The notes beneath the pieces are model-generated. The model made no database searches. It was not told where the DNA came from and worked only from the letters and a program-made list of their open reading frames with translations. A program made the position numbers and the translations under genes. From an uncultured Nitrososphaerales archaeon (GTDB lineage Archaea > Thermoproteota > Nitrososphaeria > Nitrososphaerales > Gagatemarchaeaceae): a stretch of 64,000 bases of DNA. The stretch lies in the NCBI GenBank assembly GCA_963706445.1, contig OY970160.1, forward strand, positions 1,503,438-1,567,437, in the 5' to 3' direction. Numbering within the stretch: the first letter of the stretch is position 1; the number at the start of each line of letters is the position of its first letter. This document shows positions 9,486 through 19,056 of the stretch, piece by piece.

Positions 9486-10076
9486 TTGTTGGCTAGGGAA
9501 GCTCAACGACATCCTACTCTGGAGACTGTTGACGTGGACAGTACAACGGAGTGGCGCGCTTGGCTCCAAGGGCATCACCAGGAAAATGCCGGAGTCTGGC
9601 TCATGTTCCACAAAGGCGGGCTCCCATCTATATCCTACGACGACGCGTTGGACGAGGCCCTCTGCTGCGGGTGGATTGACAGCATGATCAAAAGGATCGA
9701 TGACAGAAGCTACGTCCGGAAGTTCACGCCTCGCCGGCCAGGGAGCGTCTGGTCGAGCTCCAACGTAGAACGTGTTTCAAAGCTCAGAAAGGAGGGAAGG
9801 ATGACAGCTTCTGGGATGGAGGCGTTCCGGAAGCGCACCGGCGAGAAGTCGCAATTGGAGCGGATTAGCTCGAAACCCTTGGCGATTCCAAGGGACCTGA
9901 TAGCAGCTTTGAAGAAGGACAAGACGGCCTGGACGAACTTCGAAAAGTTCGCATCCAGCTATCGCAAGAGGTACCTAATCTGGATAGCTGGAGCAAAGCA
10001 GCCCAAGACGAGGGCGATGCGGATCGCCGAAGCAGTCAGGCTCATTGCTAAGAATACGAAGAACCTGCTGAAGTAG
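9486..10076 (+). CDS. YdeI/OmpD-associated family protein
   Basis: WRAWL..GVWLMFHK..CCGWIDS..RKFTPRRPGS.WS..N and the C-terminal ..YRKRYLIWIAGAKQPKTRAMRI pattern. Confidence 0.55.
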   Translation: MLAREAQRHPTLETVDVDSTTEWRAWLQGHHQENAGVWLMFHKGGLPSISYDDALDEALCCGWIDSMIKRIDDRSYVRKFTPRRPGSVWSSSNVERVSKLRKEGRMTASGMEAFRKRTGEKSQLERISSKPLAIPRDLIAALKKDKTAWTNFEKFASSYRKRYLIWIAGAKQPKTRAMRIAEAVRLIAKNTKNLLK

Positions 10077-10100
10077 GATCAGACATGCGCGGAGCTCTGG

Positions 10101-10565
10101 CTAACGAGACAATCGCGGAGCTCGAGCCTCTGCAAGCAGCTCAGCCACCCTGCGCTCTATTTTGTCGTAGTCCCCCTCTCCTACGTGCTCGAACATGATG
10201 TCCCCGTTGGCGTCCACGAGGGTCTGCCTCGGCCAGTAATGATTTCCATATAGTTTCCAGGTCGTGTTCTTGCTGTCCAGTGCGATCGGATAGGTCAGCC
10301 CTGCCGCTGCGACTGCTCTTTCCACGTTCTCCTGTTTCCTCTCGTATGGGAATTCTGGGGTGTGCACCCCGATTATCACAAGGCCGTCGTCGCCGTACTT
10401 GGCGTGCAGCTCTTTCATGTAGGGCAGCGTCCGGGCACAGTTCACGCACCCGTAGGTCCAGAAGTCAAGGAATACCACCTTGCCTCTTAGCTGCTTCATC
10501 GAGAGAGGGCCTGAGTTGATCCAGCCTGCTATCTCTTGCAACTCAGGAGCGGGCCCTATAATCAT
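10101..10565 (-). CDS. Thioredoxin-fold thiol-disulfide oxidoreductase (TlpA/redoxin-like)
   Basis: FLDFWTYGCVNC CxxC motif in a roughly 150 aa thioredoxin-like protein. Confidence 0.7.
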   Translation of the reverse strand: MIIGPAPELQEIAGWINSGPLSMKQLRGKVVFLDFWTYGCVNCARTLPYMKELHAKYGDDGLVIIGVHTPEFPYERKQENVERAVAAAGLTYPIALDSKNTTWKLYGNHYWPRQTLVDANGDIMFEHVGEGDYDKIERRVAELLAEARAPRLSR

Positions 10566-10693
10566 CGCCGTCTCGGTTAGAAGCTGGCGCTAAGATGAAA
10601 AGCGAGTGGTTCTAAATATGAACCTAGTCATCTTTACTAACTCAGTATGCTTTTACTACTTATTTTATAACCAGGCGTGTAAACCCCTTTGCG

Positions 10694-11338
10694 ATGAACT
10701 CAATGATGAAGCAACAGAGCATCTCGGAAGGGTACTGGGAACGGCTTCCCAACCAAGAGACCGTGGAGAAGACCGTCAACGCCCTCAGGTCGAACGGGTT
10801 CAAAGCGGAGTCGGTTCCGAACCGTGCTGAGGCACTGAAGAAGGTCAGATCGCTCATCCCCAACGGCGCGCAGGTCATGACAGGTGGTTCCAAGACCCTC
10901 GAGGAGATCGGCCTGGTCGGAGTCCTTGCTTCCGGAGACCACCCTTGGGAGAACGTCAAGGCCGAGATAGTCTCCGAGAAGGACAGGGAGAAGCAGCTCG
11001 CGCTCAGAATGAAGGCCTTGTTCGCCGACTACTTCCTTGGCAGCGTCCATGCGGTCACCACCAAGGGTGAGCTGATCGCGGGGAGTGCAAGTGGAAGTCA
11101 AATTGCGGCCTACGCGTTCGGCGGGCCGAACCTAATACTCGTCGCAGGGACCAACAAGATCACTGAGAATCTGGAGGAGGGCCTGATGAGGCTAAGGGAG
11201 CACTCGGTCCCTCTCGAAGACAAGAGGATGAAGGGGCTCGGGTTCCCGGGGACCGTCTTGTCCAAGATCTTCGTCTACGAAAAGGAAATGCAGCGGAACG
11301 TCCACGTAATTCTGGTCAACGAGAAGCTCGGCTTCTAG
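10694..11338 (+). CDS. LUD-domain (lactate-utilisation LutC/YkgG-like) protein
   Basis: GSASGSQIAAYAFGGPNLILVAGTNKI and the overall pattern fit the LUD domain. Confidence 0.6.
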   Translation: MNSMMKQQSISEGYWERLPNQETVEKTVNALRSNGFKAESVPNRAEALKKVRSLIPNGAQVMTGGSKTLEEIGLVGVLASGDHPWENVKAEIVSEKDREKQLALRMKALFADYFLGSVHAVTTKGELIAGSASGSQIAAYAFGGPNLILVAGTNKITENLEEGLMRLREHSVPLEDKRMKGLGFPGTVLSKIFVYEKEMQRNVHVILVNEKLGF

Positions 11339-11390
11339 GGCCGCCTGCAAAGACCAACTTTTAGAAGGGCTGATTGTTGGCCGGTAGTGC

Positions 11391-11951
11391 ATGAGCTTCG
11401 TCCCCAAGAATTACTTCCTGACGAAGGGCGTCGGCAGGGACAAGGAGAACCTTGCATCATTCGAAGCGGCACTTCGGGACGCGGGAATAAGCAAGTATAA
11501 CCTGGTCACCGTCTCGAGCATAATCCCGCCTGGATGCGTCAAGATCACGCGCGAGCAGGGGGTGCCAATGCTCAAGCAAGGCGGCATCGTCTTCTTAGTG
11601 CTGGCACGCAACTCCACAAACGAAGATCACCGCCTTGTAGCAGCGTCCATCGGGCTGGCTGTACCGTCAAACCCTGAGGAGGTCGGCTACCTCTCCGAGC
11701 ACCACTCCTTCGGAGAGACCGACGAGTTTGCGGGAGACTACTGCGAGGACCTGGCGGCTTCGATGCTCGCGACCACATTGGGGATACCCTTCGACATCAA
11801 TGCCGATTGGAACGAGAAGGAACAGGTCTTCAAGGCCTCCGGTCGGATCATCCGAACCGCGAACATCACTCAGTCTGCGGTCGGAGACAAGGGGGTCTGG
11901 ACTTCGGTCGTGGCAGCTGCTGTGTTCATCGTGGACGCGGCTTCTCTGTAG
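11391..11951 (+). CDS. pdaD: Pyruvoyl-dependent arginine decarboxylase
   Basis: [34 protein letters not shown] includes the SS self-cleavage site context. Length is about 186 aa. Confidence 0.85.
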   Translation: MSFVPKNYFLTKGVGRDKENLASFEAALRDAGISKYNLVTVSSIIPPGCVKITREQGVPMLKQGGIVFLVLARNSTNEDHRLVAASIGLAVPSNPEEVGYLSEHHSFGETDEFAGDYCEDLAASMLATTLGIPFDINADWNEKEQVFKASGRIIRTANITQSAVGDKGVWTSVVAAAVFIVDAASL

Positions 11952-11968
11952 ACCTGCTGAATCTTCGA

Positions 11969-12835
11969 TTAAGATGATCCGTCGTGCCAAGTGTGCCCTG
12001 GTTGATAGCCAAGCACTCTCCGGGCCTTGTCGATTGAAAGAAGGGTTTCGTTTCTTCCCAGCTTCTTCTTGACAGGGACACCGGGGAAGACCTCCTTGAG
12101 TAGCTCCTCGCTGCTCCGAAGCATCACTGTGTCCGCGTTGGCGATGATGAAGACGTCAGCTCCCCTGACTTTGGATTCCAATGCCTTTCTGACGGCCTGG
12201 GCGGCATCTCTGATGTCGATGTATCCCCACAGGTTCCACTTCCGCAGCTTTGGATCGTCCTGGAAGCCCTTGAATCCAGCGTAGTCCTTCGGCTCCATGA
12301 TGTTCGAAAACCGCAGCCCCAGGATCTTCAGCTCGGGGTCCCAGCGGCAGTACTGCCTTGCCATCTCCTCTCCTACCAGCTTGCTGAGCGAATACGCGCT
12401 CTCCGGCCTGCCGTGGTACTCTTCGTCCACGGGAGCGTATGGCGGAGGGGCGTCGAACGGCAAACCCAGGACCGTTTCACTCGAGGCCCAGACGATGTTC
12501 TTGATACCGAGTCTGGTGGCCGCCTCGAAGACGTTGTAGGTGCTCATCGTGTTGTTCTGGAAGGTGATTGAATTGGAGTAGAGCCTGGAGTCCGGGATGG
12601 CGGCGAGGTGGACGACCCCGTCGACGCCATGGGGCCCGCGTTCGACCGTGCTGACTGCGTCGATCGTCTGCCCGTAGTCCGCGAGATCCGCGAGTATGAA
12701 TGGACACAGCTCCTCGGCAGGTTTCACCCTGTCGACGTTGAAGACTTCGTACCCCTTTTCGAGTAGTTCTCTGATGCAGGCCCTTCCGGCCTTTCCGCTT
12801 CCCCCGGTGACGACCATCTTGGTCAATTTCTTCAC
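11969..12835 (-). CDS. NAD-dependent epimerase/dehydratase (extended SDR)
   Basis: N-terminal VVTGGSGKAGRA Rossmann motif and catalytic YSLSK (YxxxK). Confidence 0.8.
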   Translation of the reverse strand: MKKLTKMVVTGGSGKAGRACIRELLEKGYEVFNVDRVKPAEELCPFILADLADYGQTIDAVSTVERGPHGVDGVVHLAAIPDSRLYSNSITFQNNTMSTYNVFEAATRLGIKNIVWASSETVLGLPFDAPPPYAPVDEEYHGRPESAYSLSKLVGEEMARQYCRWDPELKILGLRFSNIMEPKDYAGFKGFQDDPKLRKWNLWGYIDIRDAAQAVRKALESKVRGADVFIIANADTVMLRSSEELLKEVFPGVPVKKKLGRNETLLSIDKARRVLGYQPGHTWHDGSS

Positions 12836-14215
12836 CTAGGGCATAATCGGTTGCGGCAGCGGGCCGGCCCTCCGGTACCTGTACCTCTCGTAGAGCATCT
12901 CCACGCCGTGCTCGTTGAACCTGAAGGTGACGTCCATCCGTGCGCCTGCGACCAAGGTATAGAAGTGGGCGAGCCCGTTCTCCTCTCCGTCGGGGATGAG
13001 GACAATGTCATTCCCAATGTCTTCGCCGGAGAGCATCAGGAAGCTCCCGTTGACCTTCACCTCGGCGAAGATGGTGTCCTTGTAGGCCCTGTACTCTCCT
13101 TCGAGCTTCTTCAGTAGGTTCTCCAGCCTCACGCCTCTGATCTCCTCGGGGTCAATTCCTGCGAGCATCGAGATTGTGGTCATCCCTAGCCGTCCCAGGC
13201 TGTAGCCCGTGCCGTTGGCGAGGAGGACGACCCCCGCTTTCATGTCCCGGGCATAGAGCATTTCGGCGGTGTAGACTTCGACGGACCCTCCATGCCCGAC
13301 GACCTTGTGGCCATGGAAGTCTGGGATCACCTGGAGGCCGTACCCGTACGAGTCCCCGCCGTAGTTCTCTGAGGGCCACTTGCCATATGGAGTCTCCATC
13401 TTCGCAAGCGTGTCCTTCCCGATGATCCTCTTGCCTTCGAACTCCCCGCCGTTGATGAGCATGGTGACGTAGTTCGAGAGGTCAGTCACGCTGCTGACAA
13501 TTCCTCCCGCAGCTCCATCCCCATAGGAGATAGAGGTCGGAGTTGTCTTAGGGCCCCTGATGAGATATGGTACTGCGACGTTGTTGTCGGAGCTGATGTC
13601 TGCCTTGTCGAGGAAGGTCCTCCTCATCTTAAGCGGAACAAGGACCTCTTCCGTCAAGAACTTCATCCAAGGTTTTCCGCTCACCTTGGAAATTATCTCG
13701 CCCAGGAGGACGAACCCCTCGTTAAGGTAGAATAGCTTCTCCCCGGGTTTCGCCTCGGCCCAGTCGTCTACGTCGCTCATGAATGGCATCAGGTCCCCGA
13801 GGCTAGCTATGGGAGCCCAGTGATGGTATTCCCCGAACGCGCTGAAGAGGATGACTTCGAGCGACCCCAGGCCTGGGATGCCGCTGGTGTGGCTGAGCAG
13901 GTGGTGCACCTGCACGTCCTGGAAAGCCTTCTGCTTGAGCGGGAGGAACTTCGTTATGGGGTCGTGGAAATCCATCTTCCCGGCTTCGACGAGTTTTGCG
14001 ATTGAGAGGGACACGAACGTCTTCGTGATGGAGCCCACCCCGTAGAGGGTGTGCTCGTCCGCGGGCAGAGACCCTGAGATGTCCTTGTAGCCGAAGGCCC
14101 TTGAATGCACGACCTTTCCGTCTTCGATCACCGCAGCTCCGATGCTTGGGAGCCTCGTCTCACTGAGCTTGGTGAAGACAAGCTCGTCGAACTTCTTTGA
14201 ATCGAATCCGGCCAT
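12836..14215 (-). CDS. Serine hydrolase, beta-lactamase/D-aminopeptidase-like family
   Basis: SxxK motif (SITKTF), YxN-like YLN, and a beta-lactamase-fold length with a C-terminal extra domain. Confidence 0.75.
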   Translation of the reverse strand: MAGFDSKKFDELVFTKLSETRLPSIGAAVIEDGKVVHSRAFGYKDISGSLPADEHTLYGVGSITKTFVSLSIAKLVEAGKMDFHDPITKFLPLKQKAFQDVQVHHLLSHTSGIPGLGSLEVILFSAFGEYHHWAPIASLGDLMPFMSDVDDWAEAKPGEKLFYLNEGFVLLGEIISKVSGKPWMKFLTEEVLVPLKMRRTFLDKADISSDNNVAVPYLIRGPKTTPTSISYGDGAAGGIVSSVTDLSNYVTMLINGGEFEGKRIIGKDTLAKMETPYGKWPSENYGGDSYGYGLQVIPDFHGHKVVGHGGSVEVYTAEMLYARDMKAGVVLLANGTGYSLGRLGMTTISMLAGIDPEEIRGVRLENLLKKLEGEYRAYKDTIFAEVKVNGSFLMLSGEDIGNDIVLIPDGEENGLAHFYTLVAGARMDVTFRFNEHGVEMLYERYRYRRAGPLPQPIMP

Positions 14216-14248
14216 GGACCGCTTGGCCTGTGCCTCTCGTTAAAAGCG

Positions 14249-15250
14249 CTACCACTTCTCTGAGCGTTTGAATATGAAGTTGTAGGCGTTGTCGTTCAGT
14301 ATCCCCTCAGTTTGCTTCGTCGTCAGCCCTGCTCCCTTTAGTGCCCGCCTGAATCGCCCCAGCTTTGAGACGTCTTCGAGCCCGACCGGGGTGCTCCTCA
14401 TGCCCAGGAAGTCCGTGCCGAGAGCCGGTAGGGCCTCGCCCCCGAGTCTGATCATGTGTTTGGCGTGGTCAGTGATCCTCTCTGGCGTAAAGGGCTTGCC
14501 GATGCAGCTCCTGATGAATGTCAGCCCGACAATTCCTCCGCGTTTCCCTGTCTTCTTGATCAGGGCGTCCGAGATGTTCCTCTTGCTCTTCTGTTCGGTC
14601 GAGGCGTTCGAGTGGCTGAAGAACGGTGGGGAATCTGAGATTGCGAGGGTCTCTGATGATGTCTTCGGCGAAGAGTGGGAGAGGTCCACCATCACTCCCA
14701 ATTTGTTTGCCGCGGCTACAAGTACCTCTCCTTCTCCCGTGAGCCCGTAATCCTTTGTAGACATGCAGGAAGCGGCGAATTTGTTGTCGTAGTTCCACGT
14801 GAGGCCGATGGAACGGACTCCCAAATTGAAGAATATCCTGAGATCCTCCGACGCGCCCAGGGCTTCGCACCCTTCTATGTGAAGGACGATGCCCGTCTTG
14901 CCCCCCAGGGACTCGATGTCCTCCGTCGTCCTGACGATCTTCAGTGACTTTGGGTACAACTCTTCTAGTGCATAGTAGATCTTTACCAGCTCGATGGCGA
15001 CGTCACGGGGAGAGGCCAGTGACGCAGACGTTCCCCAGGTGCCATACATCTTCTGCATCGCGTCTATCTTTCTCTTGCTGAGGCCCCCGACCAGTGGGAA
15101 GATCGAGCCAAGGACGAGCTTCATCCCCACCTTGTTGTACTTCGGGATGTCCGCGTGCCTGCCTTTGACGTCTTCGTCGTAAGGCCTGATGTCGGCGTTC
15201 CCCCCCATCATGTAGTAATAGCCGATGTCCTCATGGAGATCAACGACCAT
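14249..15250 (-). CDS. Membrane-dipeptidase (M19)-like metallopeptidase
   Basis: N-terminal VVDLHEDIG (HxD) and ..VDLSHSS.. motifs resemble the renal dipeptidase family. Confidence 0.55.
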   Translation of the reverse strand: MVVDLHEDIGYYYMMGGNADIRPYDEDVKGRHADIPKYNKVGMKLVLGSIFPLVGGLSKRKIDAMQKMYGTWGTSASLASPRDVAIELVKIYYALEELYPKSLKIVRTTEDIESLGGKTGIVLHIEGCEALGASEDLRIFFNLGVRSIGLTWNYDNKFAASCMSTKDYGLTGEGEVLVAAANKLGVMVDLSHSSPKTSSETLAISDSPPFFSHSNASTEQKSKRNISDALIKKTGKRGGIVGLTFIRSCIGKPFTPERITDHAKHMIRLGGEALPALGTDFLGMRSTPVGLEDVSKLGRFRRALKGAGLTTKQTEGILNDNAYNFIFKRSEKW

Positions 15251-15317
15251 GGCGGAAGAGGGGCATTGTTCTCGATTTAACTGTCGCCCAAATCTTCATC
15301 GGGGCTATCGAAGGAGG

Positions 15318-16430
15318 TCAGGACTTCTGTTTCTTCGGAGGCTGGACGCGAGCGAGGATGCGGTTCCTGAGCTGCCGCAGCCCGACTCCTTTGGTCGCCG
15401 AGATGCTCACCATGTCGAAGTCCTTGAAGAGGGGGTCGCTTTCGATCTTGGGCCTGCCGCTTTCCGCGAGAAGGTCCACCTTGTTCAGGACAAGAAGGGT
15501 CTTCGCAAAGTCCACTTCCAGCTCTGAGAGAGTCTCCCTGCAGCTGACGAACTTTGTCTTGATGCTGTCGGTTGGCTCGCTTGCGTCTACCATCAGGAGA
15601 ATGAGGTCGGCGTAGCGGAGCTCGTCCAGTGTCGACTTGAATGACTCAACCAGGTACGTCGGGAGCCGCGTGATGAATCCTACCGTGTCTGACAGGAGGA
15701 TCTTCGTCTTTGTGGGTGGGAAGGCTACCATCCTGGTGGTCGTCGTAAGTGTGGTGAAGAGCTTCGGCGATTCTTCCTTTGATTCCGACGCGAGCCTGTT
15801 GAAGAGTGTTGTCTTCCCGCTGCTGGTGTAGCCAGCCAGTGAAACGAATGGGACCCCCAGCTTTCGCCTTTCCGCGGTGTGGACTGTCCTAGCACTTGTG
15901 CTCCTCTCGAGCTTCTCCTTGACGAACCCCATCTGACGCTTCAAGGCCCGGAACTTCACGTCCACCGCCGTCTCGCCCATCCCCATGAAACCGGCCTGCT
16001 CCCCCCTGAAAGAGAGGCGGACGGCGTCCCTTGCCCTGGGGAAGGCGTACTGCAACTCGGCCAGCTGGACCTGGAGCTTCGCCTCGGTTGTCGTGGCTCT
16101 CTTGGCGAATATGGTCAAGATCAGCCTCTCTCTGTCGACAATGTCTGCGTGAGTCTTGGCTCCAAGCTTGTTCGCCTGGGCCGAGGTAACGGTCTCGTCG
16201 ACGATGATCGTGCCCGCCCCGCTCTCCTCTACCATCCCCTCCAGCTCCGAGGCCTTGCCGACCCCGACGCCGAACTCCGATTTTATTACCATCTTCTGGG
16301 TCACGATCTTGGTGACCTCGTAACCCGCGGCCCTGGCGAGCTCGGCGATTTCGTTCTTCGCGAAGTCGTCAGGATATGTGACAATGATCGCCTTGTTGAT
16401 GTCTCCTGTCCCTATGGGCTTCTCAACCAA
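15318..16430 (-). CDS. hflX: GTPase HflX
   Basis: HflX-type N-terminal domain followed by G1 GYTSSGKTT, G3 DTVGF and NKVD. Confidence 0.85.
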   Translation of the reverse strand: MVEKPIGTGDINKAIIVTYPDDFAKNEIAELARAAGYEVTKIVTQKMVIKSEFGVGVGKASELEGMVEESGAGTIIVDETVTSAQANKLGAKTHADIVDRERLILTIFAKRATTTEAKLQVQLAELQYAFPRARDAVRLSFRGEQAGFMGMGETAVDVKFRALKRQMGFVKEKLERSTSARTVHTAERRKLGVPFVSLAGYTSSGKTTLFNRLASESKEESPKLFTTLTTTTRMVAFPPTKTKILLSDTVGFITRLPTYLVESFKSTLDELRYADLILLMVDASEPTDSIKTKFVSCRETLSELEVDFAKTLLVLNKVDLLAESGRPKIESDPLFKDFDMVSISATKGVGLRQLRNRILARVQPPKKQKS

Positions 16431-16488
16431 TAGCTTCTCACCTATGAGCTAGGGGACGTTGGTAAAACGATTCCTACCGGCCGGATAG

Positions 16489-17049
16489 CTAAGCTGGCAC
16501 CACAGAGGTGCCCATCATATGGTCGGTGTACTTTTGCTGGTAGTCCTTCGAGGTGGCCAAGCCGACGATTACGTCGAGGAGAAGCAGCAGCCAGTAGATC
16601 TTGCTGATGTTCCTGACGAAGGCCTCGACGAATGTGGGGTTGGTGCCCTTCTTTGAAACGACCTTGAGTCCGAGTACTCGTTTCCCTATGCTGGCTCCCC
16701 ACATCGACTCTGTCAGGGGGAAGTAAAGGATGAGCAACACACCGACTACGAGCGTAAACCCGCCGAAGAAGAAGGTCATGGCGCCATAACCCCCGAAGAA
16801 GAATGATGCTGCCGCAACAGCGAAAATCACTCCGAAGACGACTGCTATGATTACGTAGTCAACTATGAGGGCTAGGAGCCTCTTGAGCCAATATCCCTGG
16901 GCCTTCGAGTCCTTCATCAGGGAGTCTATACCGCTCATCGGAGTAGTAGACGCAGCCGTCGAGGCACCGGGTTCGACTGGGGCGCCGCAGCTGGGACAGA
17001 ACGCTACTCCCGCCGGGAGTTCCTTGCCGCACTTCGCACAAAACGCCAA
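16489..17049 (-). CDS. RDD-family membrane protein with N-terminal zinc ribbon
   Basis: CAKCG..CPSCG ribbon, then RLLALIVDYVI (RDD signature) and TM segments. Confidence 0.65.
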   Translation of the reverse strand: MAFCAKCGKELPAGVAFCPSCGAPVEPGASTAASTTPMSGIDSLMKDSKAQGYWLKRLLALIVDYVIIAVVFGVIFAVAAASFFFGGYGAMTFFFGGFTLVVGVLLILYFPLTESMWGASIGKRVLGLKVVSKKGTNPTFVEAFVRNISKIYWLLLLLDVIVGLATSKDYQQKYTDHMMGTSVVPA

Positions 17050-17169
17050 TTCTGGTAATCTAGCATCAGGGGGGCTGGGCGACTATATATCGGCTCGGAT
17101 TAATCCACTGTAGGAAGGCTCTTAGGGACCCTACCAGGACATGCGTGAGGCCTGCGGCACACAAATCAG

Positions 17170-18069
17170 CTACAGCTGTCCGATGAGTACCCCTGCCGCT
17201 ATTCCCGCTGCCGGGAAGACGATCCAGCTCAGAGCCACTAGGTAGAACGACTTCGCCGAAAAGAACTTCGTCTTGTAGGATATGCCCGCTCCGAACACCG
17301 CCGTGTTCTGGACCATCGTGTTGGCCATGGGGATGCCGACCAAGGTGGATGCCTCGACCAGCACCGCAGACGTCAGCATCGACGACATCGCGTTCGAGTA
17401 CCCCAGCTCGAACATGTCCGAAGTCACCCTCCTGATCTCCCCTGCGCTCAGGAAGAAGGTACCGACAACGACACCCATGATCGCGAGAGGGACAGCGAAT
17501 CCACCGAAGCCCTCCACCGCGACTATGAGCCCAATCGTGTTCGCGCCGAGGGTAAAGGCGAAGATGAATGACAACAGGAGCAGGAGGGTCTTGGACAATT
17601 CTACTTTGGCCCAGAAGTCGTTTGCCCCGAACCTGCCCGTCAGCCGAGTGATGAGGGGAGTAGCGGCCAGCGCGGCTATCGGCGCTGCCATCCACAACAG
17701 TATCATGGTAAAGAAGTAGGAAGTGAAAGCAAGAGCTACGCCTGCGAGGAGCGCCGGCAGGATGTGGGTCAGTGAGAGGGGGAGCCTTGCGAAGTGCGCG
17801 AAGGTGAAGAGCCCGAGCGTTATCGTTAGAACAATCAGGACCGTCTCAGAAGACAGCCCCTTGGCGAGGTGCGACGCAGCCGTCGACATGCTTGTCCCCT
17901 GGAAGAGCAGCCCCAAGGAGACCCCCACGACTTCTATCAGCATGGCAGTCCTTGTCCTGACGACCTTGGCGCCAATCAGGTTGCCTATGCTCGCCTGGGC
18001 GTTGTTCCCCGAGACCAGGATAATCAGGAGGGTAGCGACAACGAGCAGGAGCGGACCTACGACGTCCAC
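17170..18069 (-). CDS. Inorganic phosphate transporter (PiT family)
   Basis: 299 aa polytopic protein with PiT-like N-terminal GNNAQ and GANT-type motifs. It sits just downstream of a DUF47 partner. Confidence 0.7.
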   Translation of the reverse strand: MDVVGPLLLVVATLLIILVSGNNAQASIGNLIGAKVVRTRTAMLIEVVGVSLGLLFQGTSMSTAASHLAKGLSSETVLIVLTITLGLFTFAHFARLPLSLTHILPALLAGVALAFTSYFFTMILLWMAAPIAALAATPLITRLTGRFGANDFWAKVELSKTLLLLLSFIFAFTLGANTIGLIVAVEGFGGFAVPLAIMGVVVGTFFLSAGEIRRVTSDMFELGYSNAMSSMLTSAVLVEASTLVGIPMANTMVQNTAVFGAGISYKTKFFSAKSFYLVALSWIVFPAAGIAAGVLIGQL

Positions 18070-18073
18070 GCTA

Positions 18074-18724
18074 TCACCTTGAGAGCGTGTTCGCGATGGC
18101 CAGGATCAGGTCCGAGATGTCCTCCACGCCGTCTTGGATGTCATCTAGCTTCCTCAGCACCTCGGTGTAGTGCTGGAACGAGAAGTAGTCGAAGAGCGTG
18201 TGGTTCTCATACATGTCGTCGAAGCCGGAGTCCTTGAGCTCGTCGCCCTCTTCCTCGAGCTTCTCGATCTCCTGCCTGTAGGACCTCACCTCGTCCATGC
18301 TGTTCGCATCCAGGAGTTTTCCGAGGGCCTCAAGCTGCTTGTCTGCCAAGTTGACCATCCCGACGAATGTTTTGGTCATCTCGTCGAGCATGGGGAGATC
18401 TATCTTGCTGGCGACCGTCCTGTTCACCTCGCGGGCGAGGAAGTAGAAGTCATCGAAGATGTTGTCAGTCAGGTCGGTGACGTGGAGCAGGTCCCTGAGG
18501 ACGGCCGGGCTGATGGCACCGCCCATGATGTCCTCGCTGAGCTTGAAGGTGAGGTCGTCGCTCTCTTTCTCGAGCGTTCTCATGCTGTCCAGCACGGCGC
18601 CGTCGGAGAGGCGCTCCTGGAACAATCTGATGGCAAGGGGGGTCTCTCCCCGCGCCTTGTCTGCCATTGCCTTCAGCCGCTCGAAGATGCCTTTCTCTCC
18701 TGCCACCAGGAACCTGATCTTCAT
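18074..18724 (-). CDS. DUF47 / PhoU-like phosphate transport regulator partner
   Basis: 216 aa all-helical protein in the conserved pairing directly upstream of a PiT gene. Confidence 0.65.
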   Translation of the reverse strand: MKIRFLVAGEKGIFERLKAMADKARGETPLAIRLFQERLSDGAVLDSMRTLEKESDDLTFKLSEDIMGGAISPAVLRDLLHVTDLTDNIFDDFYFLAREVNRTVASKIDLPMLDEMTKTFVGMVNLADKQLEALGKLLDANSMDEVRSYRQEIEKLEEEGDELKDSGFDDMYENHTLFDYFSFQHYTEVLRKLDDIQDGVEDISDLILAIANTLSR

Positions 18725-18892
18725 TTTCTCTTACCCCGTCTTCGAGCCTGAGACGAACCCGAAATCCGCCAATCTGGCCTTCGGCCTTGGAGAGTCTCCC
18801 CTTAAACGTCGCCCGCAACTCCAGGGCCCTCTTCAGTGCTTTCAAGTGAGATGAAACTCTTAATTTGGCTACGAATCGGAGCCGTGTTCGGT

Positions 18893-19000
18893 GCCGCGGT
18901 AGCTCAGCCTGGAATTCCGTGTTGGCTAAGGAGACCTGCGGGGCTCATAAGCACTCGGCTGAAGACCGAGGTGTCGTCGGCTCAAATCCGACCCGCGGCA
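18893..19000 (+). tRNA. tRNA-Phe (anticodon GAA) with a putative ~34-nt non-canonical intron in the D-loop
   Basis: Cloverleaf read by eye. Acceptor GCCGCGG/CCGCGGC (7 perfect bp). Anticodon arm CTCGG-CTGAAGA-CCGAG (GAA at 18961-18963). Variable loop GTGTC. T arm GTCGG-CTCAAAT-CCGAC. Discriminator A19000 and no encoded CCA. The total of 108 nt is about 34 nt too long; the surplus lies between D-loop AGCCTGGAA and AAGC (about 18915-18948). Confidence 0.7.
18985..19000 (+). repeat. attL core: 16-nt 3' end of tRNA-Phe, repeated exactly at 36495-36510
   Basis: AATCCGACCCGCGGCA is identical at both positions in the same orientation, and an integrase lies just inside. Confidence 0.6.
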
Positions 19001-19056
19001 TCTTACCTCCAGATTATATGCCTCTAGCTGTTTGAACTCCATCCGGCGTCAGAACA

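Noticed and set aside
18929-18952. GGGGCTCATAA inside the tRNA, read as a Met (CAT) anticodon loop
   Set aside because: No complementary 3' stem (CCCCG..) follows. In contrast, the CTCGG-CTGAAGA-CCGAG arm is perfect and is correctly spaced from the variable loop and T arm. The CAT-containing stretch falls inside the presumed intron.
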